A DNA stretch of 64,000 nucleotides from Cenarchaeum sp. (lineage in GTDB: Archaea > Thermoproteota > Nitrososphaeria > Nitrososphaerales > Nitrosopumilaceae), in the NCBI GenBank assembly GCA_965212015.1, contig OZ243037.1:64001-128000 (forward strand), read 5' to 3'. The position numbers and the translations under genes were made by a program. This document shows, in pieces, positions 20,032 to 28,328 of this stretch (position 1 is its first letter; every line of letters starts with the position of its first letter). Under the pieces are notes generated by a model. The model was not told where the DNA came from. It was given only the letters and a program-made list of their open reading frames with translations, and ran no database searches.

Positions 20032-20865
20032 ATGGCTTTGGGATCTGAAATCGAATGGACAGAGGCGACTTGGAATCCGAGTACGGGATGCACTAAAATC
20101 TCCCCCGGATGCAAGAACTGCTATGCGGAAAAACTCTCGCACAGGCTTAAATTAATGGGGCTAAAAAAATACAAAAACGGGTTTGATTTTCTCGAGCATT
20201 CCGACGATACAGACCTGCCAAAACGATGGAGAAAGCCAAAGAAAATCTTTGTCAACAGCATGTCGGACATGTTTCATGAAAAATCCTCTTTTGAGTTTGT
20301 CATAAAATGCTTCAACACAATGATTGAGGCTGACAGGCATATCTATCAGGTTCTCACAAAACGTTCCGGCATAATGAATGATTTCTCAAAAATTTTTTTT
20401 GATTATTACGGTCATGTGATACCAGATCATGTTTGGATGGGAGTGAGTGTTGAGAATGCGGATTATACTTGGCGTATTGACGAGTTGAAAAAGGTAAAAT
20501 GTCAAACCCGGTTTATCAGCTTTGAACCGCTGATTGGCAGGGCCGGAAAGTTAAATCTTGAGGGAATTGACTGGGCTATAATCGGCGGCGAGAGCGGCTC
20601 GGGATTTAGAAGAGTCAAGAAGGAGTGGATTTTGGAGATCATCGAGCAGTGTAAAAAACAGAAAGTGGCGGTGTTTTTCAAACAATGGGGCGGATTTAGG
20701 CCAAAATCCGGCGGCAGGGTGATTAATCGCCGAAAATATAGCGAGTATCCAAAAATAACAAGAAAGAATCAGCTAAAAGATATTTATTTTGATAGCGTGG
20801 CATTTGCGGAATTATGTTTAAAATATGAATCAAAACTCAAACACCAAGAAATACCTGCGAATTGA
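20032..20865 (+). CDS. DUF5131 / phage Gp37-Gp68 family protein (radical-SAM-like Cx6CxxC)
   Basis: IEWTEATWNP, GCTKISPGCKNCYA, FVNSMSD, LTKR, SFEPL, GGESG, FFKQWGG. Confidence 0.93.
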   Translation: MALGSEIEWTEATWNPSTGCTKISPGCKNCYAEKLSHRLKLMGLKKYKNGFDFLEHSDDTDLPKRWRKPKKIFVNSMSDMFHEKSSFEFVIKCFNTMIEADRHIYQVLTKRSGIMNDFSKIFFDYYGHVIPDHVWMGVSVENADYTWRIDELKKVKCQTRFISFEPLIGRAGKLNLEGIDWAIIGGESGSGFRRVKKEWILEIIEQCKKQKVAVFFKQWGGFRPKSGGRVINRRKYSEYPKITRKNQLKDIYFDSVAFAELCLKYESKLKHQEIPAN

Positions 20866-20916
20866 TTAGGTGTGGTGCGTAATTAACCGGCTTTTCAATC
20901 ATTTTCGGCCGTTAGG

Positions 20917-21955
20917 TGTTCTGTGTCACAAGCTGCCTAATTTTTCCCAGCGTAAACTAATCGAGGCTGCCTGTCCATACAATCCGGCCCAAAAAGCTCT
21001 AGATCATGACTGCACGACCACGCCGTGGGTAAGAATTCAGACTATGGCCGCAGCTTAAAGGACCGCGGAACAATCCATATCGACAAACGTGTCCTGAACT
21101 CATTTGGGAGAGATCGGAATAGGATGAACAAAAGACGGGACGCAGATTCCCATGTTCTGGCGAGATGATTGCCGTTCTGGCATACATCCGCCTCTACTTC
21201 ATACTGCCATACAGGCAGACACAGGGCCTTGCAGAATCGCTGTTTGACAAGCATACTATAGTGCCATCGTATTCTACCATTTGTAAACGGATCAACAACC
21301 TGGATTTGGATCTTACCGCAGGCAAAAAGACACACGGCACAATCGTAATCGCAATAGACAGTACGGGAATAAAGGTGACAAACAGGGGCGACTGGATGCG
21401 AGAAAAGCACGGCGTGACAAGAAAGGGATTCATAAAATTGCACGCCGCAATGAACGTGAATTCCGGTAGGGCGACGAGGTTTGTAGTTACAGATGAAAGC
21501 TCGCACGATTCAAATCATTTTACAGAACTGGTAGAACAATCACAGCAATGCGGAGACGTGTGCTGGCAGACGGTGCGTATGATTCCGGCGTGATATTTGA
21601 CGACATGTATTACAATAATATTAAACTGGCAGTACCAGTCAGAAAAAATTCCAGATCTGATGCGCCGTCATATCCGCGCCGGATGGCAGTCAGGATTCAA
21701 AAACACGACTATTCGGAATGGAAGAAATCCTCCGGATATGGAAAACGATGGATTGTCGAATCGCTGTTCTCTGCGATAAAGAGAATGTTCGGAGAATCAG
21801 TCATGGCGCACAAAAAAGAGAACATGATGCACGAGATGGCGCTAAAGATGGCCATATACAACAGGATGGTGCTGCCGCATGACGTCATGGAATGGACTGC
21901 TCTGGCACGGGTGGGAGGATCACGATATGAGGTAAGGGAGTTGTGACACAGAGCA
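20917..21955 (+). mobile_element. IS5-family (IS903-like) element, about 1.04 kb, transposase broken by two frameshifts
   Basis: Terminal inverted repeats tgttctgtgtcacaa / ttgtgacacagagca; LPYRQTQG, IAIDSTGIKV, KLH, LADGAYDS, GYGKRWIVESLFSAIKRMFG. No target-site duplication seen. Confidence 0.92.
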
Positions 21956-22051
21956 TAATGCGGCTCTGCACAGGATTCACGCCTAGGTCGCCGGAATTAC
22001 ACAAAACTTTGCACATGAATATTTTTAAGGCAGTACATGATACAAAAATGC

Positions 22052-22189
22052 ATGTCAGATACAAGGCAGATAGATCCGGATCCACTTACAGATGAGGAAA
22101 TTGCAGACATTGAGGAATTTCGTGCCCATCCGGAGGATCACATGACAATGACCTTGGAAGAATTTTTTAAAAAAGTTCATAGTGAATGA
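22052..22189 (+). CDS. 45-aa acidic RelB-like antitoxin candidate
   Basis: MSDTRQIDPDPLTDEEIADIEEFRAHPEDHMTMTLEEFFKKVHSE*; LTxEE...TLEEF pattern; immediately upstream of a RelE relic. Confidence 0.65.
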   Translation: MSDTRQIDPDPLTDEEIADIEEFRAHPEDHMTMTLEEFFKKVHSE

Positions 22190-22192
22190 ATA

Positions 22193-22455
22193 TTGTGGGA
22201 ATTAAAATTTGGTAAAAAATTCATCAAACAGTACAAAAAACTGGATTCTGAAACGCAGCGCATGGCAGACAAGGCCATTCAGATATCATATCCTCTGCAA
22301 ATCCTGCCGATCTTGGAACATACAAACAAAACATGAGGGTGTTCTCTTATAAATTGGGCAAGAAACGCCGCGTTATCTATTCCGTTCACTATGGCGATGG
22401 AGCAGCAGAGTTTCTGCGTGTATGCGATCACAAATCCGCATATGGGAGGGATTGA
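22193..22455 (+). pseudogene. RelE/ParE toxin with 1-bp frameshift near 22279
   Basis: MWELKFGKKFIKQYKKLDSETQRMADKAI/DIISSANPADLG...RRVIYSV...FLRVCDHKSAYGRD*. Confidence 0.75.
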
Positions 22456-22854
22456 ATCGATGAATCAAGTGTTCTGTCCGATGCGGCATTGTCCGCCAAT
22501 TCCTCCCCAAATATGCCGTAACGTTTGATCACAAGGATACGATATCAAAACAGCCATTGATCACCCTCATGACATGTCGGAAAACAAAATCAGTGGAAGG
22601 TGCCATGCTCGGCAGGCCTAGTGGGTCAAACAGTGTGATTTCCGCACGCGACTGATTGCGCCCAAAACCCGCAGCGGTGCAGGCGAGTCTTTCCAGACTG
22701 CCAAAACCCGGGCCGTATTTGTGCGCTGAAATTGCGCCTGCGGCCGTGCCTGCCGGAGACTGCGCACTGCCTGCCGATGCTGCGCGGGTTTTGCAGCTTG
22801 GAGGCACGTTTTTTCTTGAACACTTAAAATTATGGTGGGTTGGTTGTAGATGAC

Positions 22855-24540
22855 ATGGAGACCATGATAGGCGCCAAGGCTCTGATGAGGGCCCTTGAAA
22901 AGGAGGGCGTAAAGCAGGTCTTTGGCCTGCCTGGAGGCGCGAACCTCCCGATGTACGATGAGCTCTTCAAGTCGGACATACGCCACATACTGGCGCGCCA
23001 CGAGCAGTCCGCCGCCCACATGGCCGACGGCTTTGGCAGGGTCAGCAGAAAGCCCGGTGTCTGCTTTGCAACCTCGGGGCCCGGTGCCACCAACATACTT
23101 ACCGGCATTGCCACTGCGCAGGCAGATTCTGCGCCGATGGTGGCAGTAACGGGGCAGGTTCCAGTAAAGATGATAGGGCGCGATGCGTTTCAGGAAAGCG
23201 ACATCATCGGGATGGCAAACCCGGTGGTAAAGTACTCGTTTCAGCCAAGGGATGCGGCGGATATTCCAGAGGTGGTGCGAAAGGGGTTTTACATTGCAGA
23301 GACCGGAAGGCCGGGGCCCGTGCTGCTTGACATACCAAAGGACGTGCAGCAAAACGAGGCGCCAATGGAGTTTCCAGACGAGTTCAAGATAAGGGGATAC
23401 CACCCGTGGACGGATCCCGACATTGTACAGATAAACAAGGCAATAGAGACGCTCATGCAGTCCGAAAAGCCCATAATACTTGCAGGCGGGGGAACTATAA
23501 TCTCGTCTGCGTTTGCAGAGCTGCAGGCAGTAGCAGAGATGCTGATGATACCGGTTGCGACCACGTTTAAGGGAAAGGGATCGTTTCCAGAAACGCACCC
23601 GCTGTCGCTCGGCCCGATAGGCATGCACGGGCACGCAGAGGCAAACAAGCTAATGACAGAAGCCGACTGCGTGCTTGCGATTGGAACCAGGTTTTCTGAC
23701 CGCTCCGTGGGGACGTTCGAGGAGTTTGAGAGGCACCTCAAGATAATCCACATGGACGTGGATCCCGCGGAAATCGGAAAGAACCAGAGGACGCACGTGG
23801 CAGTAGTCGGGGACGTGCAGGCCTCGCTGAGGATAATGGTAAAGCTGCTTGCAAAGCTGGCGCTCAAAAAAGAAGAGAGCGCGTGGTTCGGGCACGTAAT
23901 GGAGGCAAAGCAGTACTGGCGCGAGAACCTAAAGATTCATCCCGGCGAGATGAGCGCCGCAAGAATCCTGCGCAAGCTAAGAGAGGTGCTGCCGCACGAG
24001 TCGATAATCACCACCGAGGTGGGACAGCACCAGATGTGGGCCTCGCTGTTCTATGACGTGATACGGCCGGGCACGTTTTTTAGCTCGACGGGGCTTGGAA
24101 CCATGGGGTGGGGTTTCCCTGCCGCAATCGGCGCCAAGGTCGCAAGGCCTGACGTTCCAGTCATTGACATTGCCGGCGACGGAAGCTTTAGCATGACTGA
24201 GAACTCGCTGGCCACATCGGTGCTAGAGGACATTCCGGTGATAATATTCCTGGTAAACAACTTTACGCTGGGGATGGTGGCGCAGTGGCAGCGCACGTTC
24301 TATGACAGGCGGATGATCGGGGTGGACCAGAAAAAGTGCCCGGACTATGTGAGGCTTGCCGAATCCTACGGGGCGCAGGGCATCAGGGCGCAGTCCCTCG
24401 ACGAGCTCGAGGGCGCAATCAAGGCCGGCCTGGGCTGCGATGTCTCGACGGTAATCGACATACCCATTGATCCCGAGGAGGACGTGCTTCCGTTTGTGGC
24501 CCCCGGAACGTCGCTCAAGGAAATGATACTGCCGTCGTGA
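22855..24540 (+). CDS. ilvB: Acetolactate synthase large subunit
   Basis: FGLPGGA, RHEQ, TSGPGATN, GQHQMW, GDGSF...NN TPP motif. Confidence 0.96.
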   Translation: METMIGAKALMRALEKEGVKQVFGLPGGANLPMYDELFKSDIRHILARHEQSAAHMADGFGRVSRKPGVCFATSGPGATNILTGIATAQADSAPMVAVTGQVPVKMIGRDAFQESDIIGMANPVVKYSFQPRDAADIPEVVRKGFYIAETGRPGPVLLDIPKDVQQNEAPMEFPDEFKIRGYHPWTDPDIVQINKAIETLMQSEKPIILAGGGTIISSAFAELQAVAEMLMIPVATTFKGKGSFPETHPLSLGPIGMHGHAEANKLMTEADCVLAIGTRFSDRSVGTFEEFERHLKIIHMDVDPAEIGKNQRTHVAVVGDVQASLRIMVKLLAKLALKKEESAWFGHVMEAKQYWRENLKIHPGEMSAARILRKLREVLPHESIITTEVGQHQMWASLFYDVIRPGTFFSSTGLGTMGWGFPAAIGAKVARPDVPVIDIAGDGSFSMTENSLATSVLEDIPVIIFLVNNFTLGMVAQWQRTFYDRRMIGVDQKKCPDYVRLAESYGAQGIRAQSLDELEGAIKAGLGCDVSTVIDIPIDPEEDVLPFVAPGTSLKEMILPS

Positions 24541-25028
24541 TGATAATGTGGGCGATACTCTCTCTTTTGGTCGAAAACAAGCCGGGAATACTCTTCAAGG
24601 TGACTCATTTGTTCCGCTCAAAGAACTTTAACATCGACAGCATATCGGTGGGCGTCACGGAGGATCCGGAATTCTCCCGCATGACTATCACCACGTACGG
24701 CGACGAGAGGCAGATAAGGCAGATTGTAAAGCAGCTCGACAAGATGATAGACACAGTCGAGGTGAGGCATCTTGACGAGCACAAGACGGTATACCGGGAA
24801 CTAATCATTTTTAAGATTAGGGTGAACAGTGCAGGCGATAGCATGGAGATCAACAAGCTGGCAGGCGCGTACGGGGGCAAGGTGCACGACGTCCGAAAGG
24901 AGTCCGTCATGGTGGAGCTTACCGCCACGCCGGATCAGATAAGGGCCTTTGAGGAGCTAGCAAAGCCGTTTGGCATAATGGACACCGCAAGGACCGGGAT
25001 TGCGGCGCTGCAAAGGAGCGGGTCTTGA
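24537..25028 (+). CDS. ilvN: Acetolactate synthase small subunit
   Basis: ACT domain LVENKPGIL, FNIDSISV, KQLDK, ARTG. Confidence 0.95.
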   Translation: MMIMWAILSLLVENKPGILFKVTHLFRSKNFNIDSISVGVTEDPEFSRMTITTYGDERQIRQIVKQLDKMIDTVEVRHLDEHKTVYRELIIFKIRVNSAGDSMEINKLAGAYGGKVHDVRKESVMVELTATPDQIRAFEELAKPFGIMDTARTGIAALQRSGS

Positions 25029-26524
25029 GGGTATTTGACACCACCCTGAGGGACGGCGAGCAGACGCCAGGCGTGTCGCTTTCGCCAGAACAGAAGCTAC
25101 AGATTGCAAAAAAACTCGACGAGCTCGGCGTCGACGCCATAGAGGCGGGCTTTCCGGTAATATCCGACGGCGAGAGGGCCGCAGTAAAAATGATCTGCGG
25201 CGAGGATCTTGATGCTGAGATATGCGGGCTTGCAAGGGCCAGCAGGGGAGACATTGACGCCGCAATCGATGCGGGCCTCAAATACGTGCACGTGTTCATT
25301 GCCACATCGGACATACACCTAAAGCACAAGCTAAAGATGAGCAGGGACGAGGTGCTCTCAAGGGCCGTAGAGTCGATAGAATACGCAAAGTCCCACGGAC
25401 TGCAAGTAGAGTTCTCAGCAGAGGACGCCACGCGCTCTGATCGGGAGTTTCTCAAAAAAGTGTTCGTCAAAGTCGCAGAGGCAAAGGCCGACAGGATAGA
25501 CATTCCGGACACCGTGGGATACTCTACCCCGCAGTACATGGCCGAGATTACCAGGGACGCAATAGCCGCATCCGGCCTGCCAATCAGCGTCCACTGCCAC
25601 AACGACTTTGGCCTCGCAGTCGCAAACGCAATATCGGGAATCCAGTCCGGCGCCAGGTGCGCACACGTTACCATAAACGGGATAGGGGAGCGCGCCGGAA
25701 ACACGTCCCTTGAGGAGCTTGTGATGGCCCTGCAGTGCCTGCCATTTGACGGCAAGCACGAGACGAAAATAAATACAGAAAGGCTCTACGAGACTTCCAG
25801 GTTTGTATCAAGACTGGTCGGAATCCAGGTGCAGCCAAACAAGGCCATAGTAGGCGAGAACGCGTTTGGCCACGAGTCGGGCATACACACGCACGGCATA
25901 CTGAACAACCCGCTCACATACGAGCCGATCAATCCGGAGCTAGTCGGCCGCAAGAGGTGGCTGCAGATAGGCAAGCACGCAGGAATCCACGGCATGAACG
26001 CGATGCTAAAAGAGTACGGCATACTGCCCACCGGGGAGCAGTCGCAGCAGATCCTAGACCGGGTAAAGGTGATAGCCGATCAGGGCAAGCTTGTAACTGA
26101 CGTTGAGCTGCTCTCGATAGCAGGCGACGTGCTCGGCGAGGGGGCGATAAGGCCTACTGTACAGCTAAACGGGTTTTCGGTCTCTACGGGAATCGGAACC
26201 ATGCCGTATGCGTTTGTAAGGCTGAGCATAGACGGCAAGGATTTCACCGCCACGGACCACGGGGTGGGGCCAGTCGACGCCGCGCTAAACGCAATACAAA
26301 AGATTACCGGGCAGATATCAAAGGTCCGCATAAAGGACTATGGCCTGGCGTCCATATCAGGCGGCTCCAACGCGCCCTGCGAGGTGACCATCAAAGTCGA
26401 GGACGCCTGCGGGGATGTCGTGTCGGCAAAGTCCGCAGGCGAGGACATTGTCACTACCAGCGTCCAGGCGGTAATCGACGGCATCAACAGGATTATGCTA
26501 AAGACGCGCAAAAAAAACCCCTGA
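25025..26524 (+). CDS. leuA: 2-isopropylmalate synthase / citramalate synthase family
   Basis: DTTLRDGEQ, HCHNDFGLA, GIGERAGN, HESGIH, GVGPVDA; LeuA versus CimA cannot be resolved by eye. Confidence 0.88.
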   Translation: MRVFDTTLRDGEQTPGVSLSPEQKLQIAKKLDELGVDAIEAGFPVISDGERAAVKMICGEDLDAEICGLARASRGDIDAAIDAGLKYVHVFIATSDIHLKHKLKMSRDEVLSRAVESIEYAKSHGLQVEFSAEDATRSDREFLKKVFVKVAEAKADRIDIPDTVGYSTPQYMAEITRDAIAASGLPISVHCHNDFGLAVANAISGIQSGARCAHVTINGIGERAGNTSLEELVMALQCLPFDGKHETKINTERLYETSRFVSRLVGIQVQPNKAIVGENAFGHESGIHTHGILNNPLTYEPINPELVGRKRWLQIGKHAGIHGMNAMLKEYGILPTGEQSQQILDRVKVIADQGKLVTDVELLSIAGDVLGEGAIRPTVQLNGFSVSTGIGTMPYAFVRLSIDGKDFTATDHGVGPVDAALNAIQKITGQISKVRIKDYGLASISGGSNAPCEVTIKVEDACGDVVSAKSAGEDIVTTSVQAVIDGINRIMLKTRKKNP

Positions 26525-26582
26525 GGGCAGCTGCACGCGGAATAATTGGATTTTTAAGACTAGATATGCGCACACCAACCGT

Positions 26583-26679
26583 GCCGGGATCGCCTAGCCT
26601 GGTAGGGCGCGCGCCTGGAAACTAAAGCCATAAAGCGCGTTCTCGCAAGGGAACGGGAGTTCAAATCTCCCTCCCGGCG
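26583..26679 (+). tRNA. tRNA-Ser(GGA) with 13-nt intron at canonical 37/38 (26621-26633)
   Basis: GCCGGGA/TCCCGGC acceptor, G73, CGCGC/GCGCG anticodon stem, long variable arm TTCTCGCAAGGGAA, GGGAG-TTCAAAT-CTCCC. Confidence 0.95.
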
Positions 26680-27007
26680 CTCTCAATCTAGCTTGAATTG
26701 CCGCACATCTTGCGCCTGCAATTTTTTAGCTCTGGCGGACAGGATTTCGGAATGGCGCATAATGGAACAGACATATCCAAACCGTTTGCATAGACAAGAA
26801 ATTATTGAAAAACTTGGAAAAAAACCAGTTCCAACGCTCTAGTTTATTTTTTAGGTGATTGCAAGAATATCCCCGGTTTGATCACCAATGACGAATCATT
26901 AATGGAGTTGATCACATGCAACCATATGTGGACAAAAAACGAAATTCAGATGGAAGCATAAGGCAAAAAATGCAAACAAACAGATTGCCCTTCGAAAAAA
27001 TTTTGAC

Positions 27008-27490
27008 ATGAGGGGGTAAAACCGCAATCCCAGGCATGCGTTGGGATGGACCTGCACAGGGAGTCCATGCAGGCGGCCGCGGTGGATAAGGACGGCAGGG
27101 AACTGCTGAATGAAAAAATTCCAAGCGTCAAAAAGGATACCCGCAAACTCTTCCGCACCATTCCGAAAAAGGCAAAACATTCATGGAATCATCAGTATGG
27201 TACGGAATATTCCGATGCGTGACAGATGATCTGGGATTGGATGTCATACTGTCCAACACGTACCATACAAAGGCAATCGCCGCATCAAAGAAAAAGACGG
27301 ACAAGATTGATGCGCGCATACCGGCGGATCTTTACAGGGGTGTATACATAGCCACGTGTCATGTGCAGGACAAACACATCGTTGATCTTCGGCAGCTGGT
27401 GCGCCGCCGTACAAAGTTGGTAAAGACAAGATCCAAGATGAAAAACTATATCCACAGCATATTGCTGCAAAACGGCACAAAGATGCGCGG
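27008..27490 (+). mobile_element. IS110-family transposase pseudogene (N-terminal DEDD part only)
   Basis: VGMDLHRES, then after a frameshift MES...KKKTDKIDAR...LRQLVRRRTKLV...KNYIHSIL; truncated at the tandem repeat. Confidence 0.85.
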
Positions 27491-27499
27491 GACGAATCG

Positions 27500-28120
27500 C
27501 GGCAGGACGGACTCGTTCAGGCGAGATGATCGTTCCGGCGAGATGATCGTTCCGGCGAGATGATCGTTCCGGCGAGATGATCGTTCCGGCGAGATGATCG
27601 TTCCGGCGAGATGATCGTTCCGGCGAGATGATCGTTCCGGCGAGATGATCGTTCCGGCGAGATGATCGTTCCGGCATACATCTGCCTCTGCCATACGGGC
27701 AGACAATCTTGCAGAATCGCCGTCCGGCAGTGCCGTCGCATTCCGCAGGCGGCATCGCGCCGGATTTGGCCCCTGCCGCGCAAAGACGCGCGGTACAGTC
27801 GCAAGACAGTACCGGAATGGTGACAGACAGTTGCCGGATGCGCGCAAAGCGCGATAAAACAGGAAACTGCACGCCGCAGTGGATGCGGATTCCGGGATGG
27901 CGACGGGACTGGCAGTTACGGGTGAAATTGTGCGATTTGAATCCTTTTGCGGAGATGGCATGACCACGGCAATGCGCGGACTGGCAGGCGGGGAGCACGA
28001 TTCCGGCGTGATATTTGTACGGGATTAAACAGGCAGCATCCATCGGATTCTGGATCTGATGTCCCGTCGCATCCGCGCCCAATGGCCGGTCCGAAACGCG
28101 ACTCTCAGGCGGCGGATCGC
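27500..28120 (+). mobile_element. Highly degenerate, deletion-riddled copy of the IS5 transposase region
   Basis: Collinear matches to about 21130-21720: ggcgagatgat, ggcatacatc, ctgccatac, cttgcagaatcgc, gacagtac, tgcacgccgca, gattccggcgtgatatttg, gatctgatg, atccgcgcc. Confidence 0.8.
27520..27672. repeat. Perfect 17-bp tandem repeat x9 (GGCGAGATGATCGTTCC)
   Basis: Nine contiguous identical units counted; no spacers. Confidence 0.97.
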
Positions 28121-28298
28121 CATTTCCCGCGATAATGCCCGTAAAATGCCATGGCGGCGCCAAGGTATTATGTACAGGCACGATATGGTGCGGATCGGAC
28201 TAGATCATGACGTGGGAGGGCGGCGGCCCGGAATCCATGAACCCCGGATCATGAATTGGCTTTAATGTCCAAACCGATCATTTTCTTGACAGCATACT

Positions 28299-28328
28299 TT
28301 TATAAGCAATTGGGGGGGGGGGTGGTAT
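28299..28328 (+). promoter_or_regulatory. TATA box plus G11 tract before the giant surface-protein gene
   Basis: TTTATAA 28299-28305, G11 28312-28322, ATG 28329. Confidence 0.75.

Noticed and set aside
22480-22830. GC-rich intergenic ORFs (similar ones at 48600-48830, 55960-56760, 18520-18960)
   Set aside because: No recognisable motifs; probably eroded mobile or pseudogene DNA that I cannot assign.
26621-26633. tRNA-Ser intron as a novelty
   Set aside because: Canonical 37/38 introns are common in archaeal tRNAs.
27520-27672. CRISPR array
   Set aside because: Units are contiguous with no spacers, only 17 bp long, traceable to IS5 sequence; no cas genes in the window.
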